Notes under the pieces: generated by a model | What the model saw: only the letters and a program-made list of their open reading frames with translations | Told to the model about the DNA's origin: nothing | Database searches by the model: none | Assembly (NCBI GenBank): GCA_964016885.1 | Contig: OZ024742.1 | Coordinates: 113,646,001 to 113,710,000 of the forward strand | Direction: 5' to 3' | From: Eledone cirrhosa | Lineage: Eukaryota | Length of the DNA stretch: 64,000 nt | Made by a program: the position numbers and the translations under genes | Shown here: positions 38,710 to 51,953 of the stretch, in pieces | Numbering within the stretch: position 1 is the first letter of the stretch | Layout of the letters: every line of letters begins with the position of its first letter

Positions 38710-40235
38710 ATTAAAATAACAGATTAAAGTTTAAGCAAATAATCTCTGCTTTCAGATTTAAGAATCATGTAAATAAATTAGTAGAACGAAAATGACGGAG
38801 GTTATTGAAATCCACAAAAATTAAATATATGCATACATGCATCTATATACTTACATACATATGCATACGCAGAACACCCGCCATGCATGCATATACAAGC
38901 ACGTATAAATAAACACCCGCACACATACATAAACCCGCACGACACCTATACCCGTACACATACAAACGTATACTCCAAACACATTAAAAAAATAATAAAA
39001 AAAATAAAAAAGTAACAAAATAATAAAAATATATATATATATGTGTTTGTGTATACATGTAATTATATTAACTTACATAAATATACACACATACACATGT
39101 AAATACCGCACGCACACAGGTATCTACAGGTAAATACACATGTTCACTAAACTACGGCAGCCAAAACACGAACTACACGTATACACACCTTACATACGGG
39201 TCAACACGCATAAACACACAAACCCAAAATACGCATTATACACATAACCATATACACAAGTACCAGTATATATAATTGTTTCTCCTTTTTGGCACAAGGC
39301 CAGAAATTTATTTAGTTCATTACCGGTACTTTATTTTATCGACGCCGTAAGGATGAAAGGCAAAGTTAACCACGGCGGGATTTGACCTCAGAATAACAGA
39401 GGCGGTAACTATATGCGTCAAAACATGGCGCCCGAACCTCTACCGATACTGCCAAACCACCGCCATTGTACCAGTATATATAATATAATATATACACCAA
39501 TAACAAATACAAGCAGATATACGTACGAGAAAGTATACGTACCATCACAAAACATACGGGTAAGGTATACTTACCTATAGAAATTAGTAATGGTATAAAC
39601 AAAACATATACTTAGCTACCACATCAATACGTACCACATCAAGACAAATTATCCGCGTATTGTTCGTACTATCCGTTAGTGTATAATGTGGGGCTGTAAT
39701 ACAGGAAAGGGTTATGCAATTTACGTTTACAAGCCGAAATTGCCTCACATTTTTTGTTTAAGATGTGGTCATTGGAGCAGAGTATTACCAGGGATTCAGC
39801 GGCGCAAATATAGCATGGTCTTTAATTTCCGTTATGCGATCTAGCCCTAGCTAAGATCTCCAAGTGTAACCTATATTGGGTGTGGTTTTCTTTTACACTC
39901 CAGATATAAGCTGAAAGTGACGTCATATTCCTTCTAAAAGGGTGACGAAAAGAATGGGTGTGTATGTAATGACGCTGCTTGAATCTATTGGCGGTTAACC
40001 CTATGTACGCCCTACGTGGGTGTTTCGACCTTACATTTGTAGACAATGTTACTGGAGAAGCATTTCCCGGATAGAGGGCAGTCAACCCGATTCCTACTAT
40101 TAGAGTTACTACTAGCTACAGAGGTGTACGTGTTCCTACGGTTAGGTAATTTAGATAAATTTGAAGCAGTGATGTTATGTGTAAGTTTAGGAGTCGTAGA
40201 ATAAGATATTTTAATGTTTTTTCTATTGAACATGT
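38710..40235 (-). mobile_element. 5'-truncated PLE: GIY-YIG remnant (39700-40235) plus 3' UTR/pLTR
   Basis: NIKISYSTTPKL...DCPLSGKC...IVYKC / AYIGLTANRFKQRHYIH...TSLSAYIW; the UTR ends in the 411-1381 pLTR family sequence. Confidence 0.88.
39272..39464 (-). mobile_element. tRNA-derived SINE, family A, with target-site duplication
   Basis: Family consensus; GTACCAGTATATATA on both sides; nested in the PLE UTR. Confidence 0.92.
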
Positions 40236-40269
40236 TATTATATATATATATATATATATATATAATAAA

Positions 40270-41081
40270 CCACCATTCTAAACCTTGTTTTTAGTAACCA
40301 CACAGCTCCTTTCATTTCATAATGTTTGTATTTACCGCTGTGACCCTACCTGCTTTGGTCGATCAGTGTACCCTCCACACTTCCGCATCACCCATCCTTC
40401 CCTCTTCCCTTCTCCTCCTCACTCTCGTTTTCTTTCTCCCTTCCCCCCTCTCTCTCTCTCTATCCATCCGTTCGGTTTTGTTTGTTTACATGTTTACATG
40501 TGCCGTGGTGGCCTCTCTTTCCGCAATCGTTAACAAAAAACATTCTGGATTATCTCCCTTTCCTTCTCTTCCTCACTCTTGGTTGCCCGTGTCTCTCTCT
40601 CTCACTTTCTCCGGAATGTGTGAGAGGCAGCACGATTATACCAGCTGTGAGTCGTAGCTGACCACCAGGCTAAAGTCTCGCAAGTTGGCCACAACGTAGT
40701 TTCTCTATTTTTCCACGGTTGCTTTTTTGCATGTTTATTTCACCTGTGTCTTCCCACTATGGGATCTGTACACTTGTTTTCTTCTATTCCTTTCCTATTT
40801 TCCCCTTCTTCCTCTCATCTTTTTCCCCTGTTTTTCCTCCTTTCCCTCTCTTTCCTTTTCTCTCTTTCTCTCTCCTTTTCCACCTGAACTTTTGCTTAGT
40901 AAAAGGCCTCGGGCGCACCCAAACTACACCGATGTCCTGTAATTCAGCGCCGAAACATCGGTTCGGGATACATTTACAGTTGACGATGGAAACTCCTTTC
41001 TTCCTTTCTCCTCCTGTTCCGTCCCAATCACCATCCTAAACCTTGTTTTTATTAACCACACAGCTCCGTTCGTTTCATAAC
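40270..41081 (+). mobile_element. probable pLTR unit bounded by about 53-bp direct repeats
   Basis: CACCAT.CTAAACCTTGTTTTTA.TAACCACACAGCTCC.TTC.TTTCATAA at 40270 and 41029; pyrimidine-rich like other pLTRs; flanked by (TA)n. Confidence 0.55.
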
Positions 41082-41085
41082 TCTT

Positions 41086-41130
<45 letters not shown>

Positions 41131-41716
41131 TTCAAGAGTAACCAATCTTAAAGAGAGGGAAGGAGATAGGAGAGGAGATATGGAAGGAGAAATTGGTGAA
41201 TTAGTTAGAAGCCAAAGCGTAAAGGCTCAATGTGCAGTATGCAGTAGAAAGCAGCTAGATAGCTGGGTTCTGGTTACCCATAGGCAGGTCTCACACAATT
41301 CATCCTCAACAGATGAATACTGCTTGTTTATGGCTGACAACTTATGCACCCAAAGCACCATAGTGAAAAACCAATATATGGAACATTATATTATGTAACA
41401 TTCTCTCATTATTTTAATTTATATTCCTTTGAAGTTACGATGAGCCGCTGTTTTTTAAATATGTTAATTATTTTCAACTGAACCAGATCAATTATGATAT
41501 ATAGTCATCTGATCCAGAAATATTATATGGAGTAGCGAAACAAATGTAAACGGACTTTATTATTATTAATATTATTATTATTATTCTCTACATTCCTAAA
41601 TATCAAACTGAAATATGTTGACAATCTTTTAATAATGTCCTCCTTGTGAAATGTATGGTCTCGTATGCTTAACTAATGAATATATATATATATATATAGC
41701 GAGAGAGAGCGAGAGA

Positions 41717-41814
<98 letters not shown>

Positions 41815-42189
41815 TTTCAATGAAGACAGAATGCCAGATCGCAAATGATCTTTGTTTCGAAGGCGTATCGTCGTCACTGTTAGACTGCCTCACGTGCCGT
41901 CTCCGAAACAATTCTATACTCTGTTCATGCTTGCGCTAATTTAAAGCTGATGACATCGAAGAAATGCTTAGGTCACGATGTGATGCAATAAGCAAATGAT
42001 ATCATTTCGTATTGTGACTGTTGCATCATTAAAAGTATGTTTGGAATGTAGCCCTGTTTTCAATGATGTATTCAATCCGTTCCTGCACCAACCACTTGAC
42101 AACGGATCTACGATGGATGATTTGCATAACCTAACATACTAAAGGGAATACACAAATGTAACCATTAGTCTACCCATCCAGCATAAATG

Positions 42190-42221
<32 letters not shown>

Positions 42222-42299
42222 GTGTGTGTGTGTGTATGTGTATACATGTATGTTTGTGTGTGTTGTGTGTGTGTTTGTGTGCGTATGTGCATGTGTTTT

Positions 42300-42476
<177 letters not shown>

Positions 42477-43124
42477 GTCTGCATATGAACAAATATATAA
42501 CCAACATTTAGTAGTACTACTCTCTTTAATTCGTTACGCATATATTTATTCAAATATAGAAGTAGGTTGTATGTTCTTAATAATTTGTCAACTAGAATCT
42601 CTAGACTTTCGGCTAATAATGATATTTCACCCCAAATGCCATATATTTTTATGGTGCTCTTTCCAGATCTGGCTATAAGGATAAAATACGGTTCACGCCT
42701 CTATGTAAATTAGCTAATAGTGGGATTTATGTACATAAATGTATTTTTAAACCTATTTGTATTATTGTGCACAAATATAATTTACTTAATGCTAATGAAA
42801 ATTCTAAAACTGTAAAAATAATAGATATTGTAATATTTAACGAAAAATAATAATTTTAATAAGAACATAATACTAAACTACAAGTAAATCTCTTGACAGT
42901 CAAACGTTAAACAAATAAATTAAATAATACTGAGAGGAAGGGAGAGAAACATATATAAATATTAATAACATATATGGAATTCAAATAGCGTCCCATACAT
43001 CCCAGATAATATTTAGTATGTTAAAAAAAACGTTTTACCCCAAGGACATAAATACTACACTGTAATAAACAAAAATATTGGTAAATTATCTTTCTCCACT
43101 ACATTTATTTTAGTTGAACTATAA

Positions 43125-43312
43125 ATAATTTTTTCTACTTTTGGCACAAGGCCAGCAAATACACAATGTATTACTGATTCTTTATGTTATCGACCCTGTA
43201 AGGATGAAATGCAAAGTTAACCTCGGTGGGATGTGAAATCAGAATGGCAAAGGCCGTTATTCTATACGTCAAAGAATGGTGCCCGACGTTCTACCGATGC
43301 TGCCAATCCACC
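43125..43312 (-). mobile_element. tRNA-derived SINE, family A
   Basis: Matches family consensus (diverged). Confidence 0.85.
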
Positions 43313-43539
43313 ATATTAACTTATATAAACTGGAACAAAAAACGTCCGGCACGAAACCAGCTCGAAGACGGGGATAACGTTAACAGTAATATTACTATCT
43401 ATTGTGTTGATATTAATGAACATTATAATGGGGACAATTTTAATTACAATAAGATAACGAATAGTGAAAATTATCTAACTTAACAGGGTAATATCTAAAT
43501 AATCTCTTAATAAGAAAAGTCTACTAACCAAATGAAATT

Positions 43540-43925
43540 GTAGGATCCTTGACATATGCCTTCTTAGAGGAGATTATCTTAGAAGAAATTTAATGGATAA
43601 TTGCAAGGAATTATCTCGCCATAAATCGTTTAATTATATAGAGGCCGCTACTAATATATATGTTTAAAGAATACTGTGCACATATACACGCCTTTAAGGT
43701 TGAAAAATAAAGTAATTCAACCTCAGTAGCTAAACATTTTTGGTCTCTAAAGAAATATAGTATTCAGTACACTTTGAGATAGAATAGTATTAATTCAGCA
43801 ATATCCTATAATGGGAGCAGACCTAAATTAAATATTTGTGAACGAAGCATTAGAAAGAGTAACGTGTAAGATTAGTCTTCTTAACTCTAGAAATGAAATA
43901 GTACATTCGCGAGTGCATAAGAGCT
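43540..43925 (+). pseudogene. heavily decayed PLE GIY-YIG remnant
   Basis: Frameshifted words ICLLRGDYL, YIEAATN, NSTSVAKHFWSLK..SIQYTL, AISYNG, LLNSRNEIV parallel the intact ORF C-terminus. Confidence 0.65.
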
Positions 43926-44223
43926 TTAATTATTCATTTTATAAAACACTCGAGCCTAATTAAAGTTTGAATTTGCTTTCACCTTTACATTCATGTTAAT
44001 TGTCTACTTTCCTTTCTTCATTCGGTACTTAATTAAACTTGGAAGTTTGACCCGCCTATTGATTGTACTATCTGGTAATGATTATTATTAGTACGTACGT
44101 CGCTTCATACATTTGTGTGTTCATATGTGAAATGTTCCTCTTTCTCTCTCCATCTCTCTCTCTCTCACTCTCTCTCTCTGTCTCTCTATTTCTCTCTCTC
44201 TCTCTCCTTCTCTCTCTCTCTCT

Positions 44224-44310
<87 letters not shown>

Positions 44311-44314
44311 TTTA

Positions 44315-44455
44315 TTAAAATAACAGATTACATTTTAAGCAAAGAATCGCTGCTTTCACCCTTAACGGGATCTTCTGAAAAAGTAACGTGTAAGATTAGT
44401 CTTCTTATTTATCCTGATCGAGCCCTCTTGGAATTTTAATCTTCAAATTTATTAT
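44315..44455. mobile_element. short pLTR-end derivative (CAGAAGA hammerhead family)
   Basis: AAAATAACAGATT...GCTTTCACCCTTAACGGGATCTTCTG joined to TCGAGCCCTCTT...TCTTCAAATTT; similar junctions at 38365-38420 and 51835-51905. Confidence 0.75.
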
Positions 44456-44458
44456 TAT

Positions 44459-44514
<56 letters not shown>

Positions 44515-44536
44515 ATGTGTGTGTGTGTGTGTGTGT

Positions 44537-45026
44537 GCAATCTGAGTTTTTCGAATATTAATAATAACATTAGATTCGTTTGCAATTATGCAAACAAGCC
44601 TCAATTCTATAACCATGTCAGTAGAATTAACACTTCATTCTTGCTTTATTTAAATTTGGCAAAGTCGGCCATTTATCGCTCGTATACAGGAAACTGACTG
44701 GCCAGTCTGCTGATGTGCAAATCTGGCTGATCACTGGATCTGCTAATATGTATATCTGACTGATCAGTCAGTCTGCTAACGTACACATGTGGCCGGTCAG
44801 CCACTGTGTAATTTGAAAATAGCATATATTTGGCGGGTGATCAGTGACCTATACTGATGAAGGTTGATGCACAGAAACATTAGTGTCTGCAGTTCTGTTC
44901 ACATAGTAACCCAAGAGCAAGAATGAAGGGTTCATTCTACTCACATGGGTATACAATTGAGGCTTGTTTGCATAATTGCAAACGAATCGAATATTGTTAT
45001 TAATATTCGAAAATTGCAGGTTGCAT
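44537..45026. mobile_element. about 490-bp element with about 110-bp terminal inverted repeats, internal about 33-bp tandem repeats and a decayed hammerhead
   Basis: Arms 44537-44646 and 44916-45026; CTGATGA...GAAA-CATTAGTG-TC at 44849-44892. Confidence 0.7.
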
Positions 45027-45118
45027 TTATTGTATCCAGCCATGTAGAGCGGAAATTTCCTTTTATATAATTATATATATATAGAGAGAGAGAGATAGAT
45101 ATATAGGAAGAAGTATGA

Positions 45119-45153
45119 CTGACGAAGGCCGGTTAAGCCTGAAATGCATAGAC
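45119..45153 (+). ncRNA. minimal hammerhead motif (stem I lost)
   Basis: CTGACGA-AGGCcggttaaGCCT-GAAA-TGCA-TA; palindromic TGCA stem III. Confidence 0.55.
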
Positions 45154-45629
45154 GGTTGTCTCCCTTGCTTCTGCTGGAACTCAGCACAGGGCGTTAGCCC
45201 CCTGGTGTTTGCATAGCTACGGCTTCCTAAAACTGTATTTCTTTGGAGATAGGAAATGTTTATACATATTGTATAAAGCTATGCTTGAAGCGAAATCCTA
45301 TTTCTGTTATATATATATATATATCATGAAACGCTGTCGAAATATTCGATAAATATTCCGCTACGGCCGACGCGAAGCGCTACTTTCGGTTATTTGTCGG
45401 AGATTCCTTCATAGAAGCCTCATTCGTATAGCTTGGTCTATTCGATTTCTTATATAGTTAATTATGCTAATTGGGAGAGGAAATAGTTTATATTTTATCT
45501 TGTGATTCTATATACATGTTTTATGATATATAGCTCTAATTGTTTAATTTATTAATTTCTCATTAAGCCACAAAGTGATCAGTTGCAAAACACGTATATG
45601 TATGTGTATGTATATATATATGATGTAAA

Positions 45630-45802
<173 letters not shown>

Positions 45803-45956
45803 TTATATATATACATATATATGTATATGTATATATATAAATATATATATATATATACATATTTATATATGCATATACATATATATATATATACATATAT
45901 ATATATAAAATAAAGTTAAATAAAAGTCAAATGATTAAAATTTAGCTTCGTTTATT

Positions 45957-46011
45957 ACTGCTATATATATTTCAGTGACAGCCATCTTTGGCTGTGACCT
46001 CTTCAGGCAGT
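45957..46011 (-). ncRNA. minimal type I hammerhead, canonical core
   Basis: Minus strand ACTGC-CTGAAGA-GGTcACAGCCAaagaTGGCTGTcACT-GAAA-TATATA-TA-GCAGT, followed by AATAAA. Confidence 0.85.
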
Positions 46012-46182
46012 TTGAATTAGTATGGTATAGACAAGTACATATGTTGTTTAGGTGTATGATATTGGTCAATACTCTGATATGCCCAGTTCCTTGTTGGGTT
46101 GTTAATTCACTGGGGAACTGGAGTCGAGTGCTCCAGCCTGCATACTGAGGTGTTGGTATACAACCAACATAAACTCAAAATC

Positions 46183-46354
<172 letters not shown>

Positions 46355-46377
46355 AAATATAGAGAGGTGAGGCACGA

Positions 46378-46438
<61 letters not shown>

Positions 46439-46441
<3 letters not shown>

Positions 46442-46933
46442 TGGCTGCCAACTCGTTTTCGAGTACGGCCACTACTTTATATCCATGTAGGAGAACCCCG
46501 ACCGATGCGCTGAACGAGTGTGACTTTTGAGTCCAGCCAGCGACTTGATAACTCTGGTACAAACACTACACTTGTGACAATTATTGACACATAGTGCTGG
46601 GCCCGTGGTACCATGTGACAAGTGCAGAGATCTCCAGATATAAAGCAATGCCTGTGCCATGAAGCTTTTATAGTGAGCAAAGGCATTGCACAGAGCCAGT
46701 CCCACTCTCTTAACCAAGATGATATTTACCAAAAAGTAGAACAAGTCAACATCATTGGATACCATCAGGGTTGCAGGTGTTATATCAGAGTTTTCCTTCT
46801 CCTAGAATTCTGCCTTGACAAAGGCTAAGGGGTCATCTCTCCCGGTGAGGAGGGTGACTTTGGACATCCTGCAGGACTAAAAACAAAACCTGTCAAAGGG
46901 CAAAGGAGCTCTTAAGAGTCAATGGCCATCCAA
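46439..46933 (-). mobile_element. short RTE-LINE-derived non-autonomous element
   Basis: Minus strand starts with an RTE-like 5' UTR (TTGGATGGCCATTGACTCTT...GACAGGTTTTG) and ends with a C2H2 finger [22 protein letters not shown] plus a short UTR; inserted in (TA)n. Confidence 0.65.
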
Positions 46934-46954
46934 AATATATATATATATATATAT

Positions 46955-46996
<42 letters not shown>

Positions 46997-47296
46997 GTAA
47001 AAAAAACAAAAAAAACGCAGTAGTAAAGGCTAAAGCGACTTTCTCTCAGAATAACTTCGAAAGATTTATCTACTATACAGGAATTTCCGCATCATTTGTA
47101 CCGGTTTCAGCATGTGCGCCTTTTCACACTACGGAATTTTACTAGGTAATTCTATTGAATATAAATAAGAACAATATAATATACATCTTTCTACGTAGTT
47201 ATTTTGCTTTCTGTGTTAGTGCTGGCCTTAGCCGTATCCCCAGCAACACTGTTGATGGTGTGAGGGCTAAGTTTAGCACTAAGAGAGAAAGAATGA

Positions 47297-47487
47297 ATAA
47301 TTGCTTCTATTTTTGGCAGGAGGCCAGCAATGATCCAGTACATTACTGGTACTTTAATTTATAGACCCCGTAGGATGAAAGGCAAAGTTAAACTCGTCGG
47401 GATTTCAACTAAGAATTGCAAGGGCCGTAACTCCAAGTAGCAAAGCATGGCATCCGACCCTCCATCGATACTGCCGGTCCACCGTCC
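47297..47487 (-). mobile_element. tRNA-derived SINE, family A
   Basis: Matches family consensus (diverged). Confidence 0.85.
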
Positions 47488-47643
47488 AATACCAAGAGAA
47501 TAACATAGACAAATATTACTACTTGCCTTCATATAGCACACTCTGCCCTGGCATGTGACCTAGACTGGAACTGTATAGGTGAAAACCATGGTCATTATTG
47601 ACCGAAATTGCCAACTCTACACGCCCACACACACACACATACA

Positions 47644-47692
<49 letters not shown>

Positions 47693-47752
47693 AGACACAT
47701 ATATATATATATATATACATATATACATATATAGAACACACACACACGCCTA

Positions 47753-47787
<35 letters not shown>

Positions 47788-48218
47788 GTATATATGTATA
47801 TATATATATATATATATATACATATGTGTGTGTGTGTGTGTGTATGTGTGTGTGTATGTGTGTGTGAGTTGGTATTCTTATTTTCATACATTCATAATAT
47901 GATCCAACATATAATTTCATTAAATGTAATTTTAATATGAAGGGTGAAATCTCTTTCAGAAATATTCTTATCTAACCGTATTTTAAAATGAGTTGAGATT
48001 AAACGCAGTAGAATATTGTGTAGAAAATGATTGCCCCAAATGCATCATTTGATATGATATTCAGAATCAAGTTGATTTTAATGAAATATATTTGAAACTA
48101 ATATTAATTGTGTAGAACAGAAATAAAATTAATAATCGTAGGTTTAACTATTTTCTAGAATGAAAAGCATTGACAAGTTTGCGACTGCTAAGAATATTAT
48201 ATATATTATATATATATA

Positions 48219-48286
<68 letters not shown>

Positions 48287-48289
<3 letters not shown>

Positions 48290-48449
48290 CGAAGGAAATG
48301 TCGTGAGGGACGAGATGGACCATAACGCACCAAAGTACTCAATACTTAGGGTAGTAGAGTGGGTAATAGGAACGAGTCGGACCCCGACGGCTGAACTCAA
48401 TCCGTTTCGACGGCTAATTCTGGTCCAGAATTAACCGTGGAAACGGATT
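48287..48449 (-). mobile_element. short pLTR unit of the 30-35 kb PLE family with short inverted head
   Basis: Reverse complement of 31455-31592 (48287-48423), followed by GTCCAGAATTAACCGTGGAAACGG on the plus strand. Confidence 0.9.
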
Positions 48450-48520
48450 TATCGTTTTCGAAATTGTATTTCACAGGATATATGGCAGTAATTATAGATA
48501 ACATTATATATATTTTATAA

Positions 48521-48700
48521 GGGCGGTGGATTGGCAGTATTGGTAGAGGGTCGGACGCCATGCTTTGCAGCAAACAGTTACGTCCCTTTATGGGCTGAGT
48601 TCAAATCCCGCCGAGGTTAACTTTGTCTTTCATCCTTACGGGGTCGATAAAATAAAGCTTGGGATAATTGCTGGCCTTGTACCAAATGTAGAAAACATTA
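48521..48700 (+). mobile_element. tRNA-derived SINE, family A
   Basis: GGGCGGTGGATTGGCAGTATTGGT...GAGTTCAAATCCC; AACATTATATATATT on both sides. Confidence 0.92.
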
Positions 48701-48715
48701 TATATATTATACAAT

Positions 48716-48872
48716 AGGAATCAATGCCGGTTTAAATAAACCTATCAAGGCCGGATACAAGAGACTAGGGATCAGTGCCGGATTAAATATACTAGAGATC
48801 ACTGCCGGATTAAAGTTACTAAGGTCGATTGCCGGAATGAAAAAATCACTAACGATCAGTGTCGGACTAAAG
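48716..48872. repeat. minisatellite, about 27-bp unit x6
   Basis: Repeating (AG)GATCA.TGCCGGATTAAA...ACT. Confidence 0.85.
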
Positions 48873-49201
48873 TGTGAGTGTTTTTCGTGCCGAGACATAA
48901 CTTTTCATCTACATGTACTTATAATATTTACATATTGAAAAATTTGATCAGAGACGAACAAATCTATTGTTTTCCTTCTTTGAAATATAAATCAAAATGA
49001 TCGTGTTGTTTACGAAGGCATTTGGATACATCAATAAGTTTCATACGAGAAGAATCCGGTGAAGATAAATCATACATAACATTGTACGTAAACAACTTCC
49101 AATATATTTTTCTTTTTTTTATTGATTTTCATTTATCTTCGCCATAGTGAATATATATGTACATAGATACATGCACACACACACGCACAGGCAGATACAC
49201 G

Positions 49202-49232
<31 letters not shown>

Positions 49233-49277
49233 GCACACACACGCGCGCGCACACACACACACACGCACACACGCACA

Positions 49278-49342
<65 letters not shown>

Positions 49343-51480
49343 ACACACATATATATGTATATGAGTTTGTATGTCAATACATATGTCTGTCTGTACATAT
49401 ATATATATACATACCAGTTTTGATGTATTTCCGTCATAAGCATAAATACCACCAAACGCCTAGTGGAAAAAAATCGTTTTTACTAACTTATTAGTTCAAA
49501 TAGGAAGATGTCAATTTGTACATAATTTCGCATCTGATATGGCACTGTTGGTGATTGTTTTCATTTTCTGTTTATTATTTTCTTATTCTCTTTTTGAAAG
49601 GTAGCGGAAGATCAATATCAAATTCGATTCGACGTTTTCGAAAAGTTCAATGATCTTTTTCCCTTTTTTATACATTTTATAATCTTTGATTTGCTCCTCC
49701 TTCCACGCTTCCTAGTCAAACATACTTTTGATTAAGCATACACTTTATATCACCAATATCTGCTAAACTTGAAAATGTTGGTGTTTATTTTTCTTTAATT
49801 TTACAACAAATATTTTGTGATGTGGTTCTCGATGTCGGAAACGTATTTATGTCCACACTAATGATGACTGACATGGAACAAAATATGTGTTATTTTGTTC
49901 TATTTGAAAGCGGACTTTAGAAACTGAAGTAATATACTTGACTCCATCTCCTTTGTTTCCGTTTCATAAACGTGAGGGTTGGACCGAAATAAAACAAAGA
50001 AACGAGAAAATGAATCCCAAAATGAATTATATCTATGTTTTTCATATATATACGAGGATACAATTTTCAAATTACAACCTTTCATAAATTACAAAACAGA
50101 AAATAGAATAAATGTGATACAAAACCTTCTACGTGTTGTTGTATCCAGCAGGGGGTTGAAAATCATATATTCTAGACTGTTTATATTTGAGTAAACCGGG
50201 TGAAAATCTGAAATACTACTACGTTATATACAATACTACTACGTTATATACAATACAGTTATATTGTCTTTCAAAAGAAATTTGGCGAAATATTATTTGT
50301 TTTCTTGCAAGGTTTTTGACATGAAAAAAAAATGGGGAAGGACAACACATGGTAGGACAGCCAAGGATACAAGTCAATACTCTCATGCTCCTGGATGCAA
50401 CACCCGTAAGGAAACTAGCTAGTCGAATGCGGAGGGCCCTAAGTATGACATATTAAAATATTAACGTGGTAGAAAACCCTGGAACTCCCTTATAAGTAAA
50501 CGTTAACCGTTTAAGAAAATCGGCTTTTCGAATATGAAATGTGTAGTATGTATATTAAGTCTACAAATAAATTGTAAAAGTAGAAATGTAGTCTATAGCT
50601 AAGATATACAGAAGGTGCCTGCAGATACATGATAACGACATACGCAGGAGAGAGAGCCCATAGCATAGTAGAGAGTATAGATGAACCATTGAGTGAACGA
50701 AAAGGAAAACACGACAAATTAATACAATACGAATATTGCAGATATATAATAGACAGCATAGACGTTAAAATAATATCTAAGCATAATACAATTCAGAAAT
50801 CCTAGGCCAAACAGAAAACATGAGTGGAATAGCAACATGCATACATAAACACACACTAGTGACTAAAGATAGACTATAAATATAAACAGATAAAATAACA
50901 ACACCGACATGCAACCCACACAAGTGACCAACGTTTGAATATAAACACATAAAATACGTGGGCTTTAGACAATCACACGAACACACACCAAATAAAACTC
51001 ACGCGCAGACACGCATGCGCAAACAAAGACAAAAATAATAAAAGTTACAGAAATTAAGCGATAGTAAATGAATATGTCACAGGAATGTGTAATGAAGTAA
51101 CTTTGATAAATTATAATTATATTTTTAACTGTTGGTCAATCAATGTTAAACATTGATTGCCAGCTAATTATTTTTATGGATATACGGAAGGAAAAGTCAA
51201 ACTAAACTGTGAGTGTGTTTGGCTTTTTTTTAGGAATTTCGGGGAAACATGAACCTCTACACTTGTATAAATAGACATATCTATTTGAATTCATAATAAT
51301 GTGATATCGTGCGTTCCAGATGCTGTTTACTAAAACCATCCTCGCAATGCATCTTTACGAGTATTAATCATTTCCCAATGTATTAGTGGTTTCCGTTTAA
51401 ATGATGTTGGCTTCTATCATACGGTCACAACAATTCCGAATATAAATGGAATCAGTGAATTTTGTATAAGTATATATAAG

Positions 51481-51514
<34 letters not shown>

Positions 51515-51729
51515 TATGTATTGTTATACTTGGGGAGGGTCATCCGTGTGTAATATTGCCAGAATCAATAACAGAACACACTAACTGTTTGGTTGGTTTT
51601 CGCTTTTCGCTTCTGTGTCTTTTATATCGGTAATCTAATTGATTCGGTCCTCAATGTTGCCATTGAACACATTCATATGTATAATAAATCGAATCGACCT
51701 GAAATATATAATAAGATTTAAATTGTATA

Positions 51730-51781
<52 letters not shown>

Positions 51782-51904
51782 TATAGTAATAATAGTAATA
51801 ATAATAATAATTATTATTATAATAGTAATAATAATAAATTTGAAGACTAAAATCCAAAGAGGGCTCGATAAGCGATTCTTTGCTTAAACTTAAATCTGTT
51901 ATTT

Positions 51905-51953
<49 letters not shown>

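Noticed and set aside
47092-47130. Minus-strand TGAAAA-GGC..GCT-GAAA-CCGG-TA
   Set aside because: Probably a hammerhead relic, but core position 3 and stem I are broken
50384-50431. GAAA-CTAGCTAG-TC with upstream CTGGATG
   Set aside because: Palindromic stem III is suggestive, but the core and stem II cannot be folded
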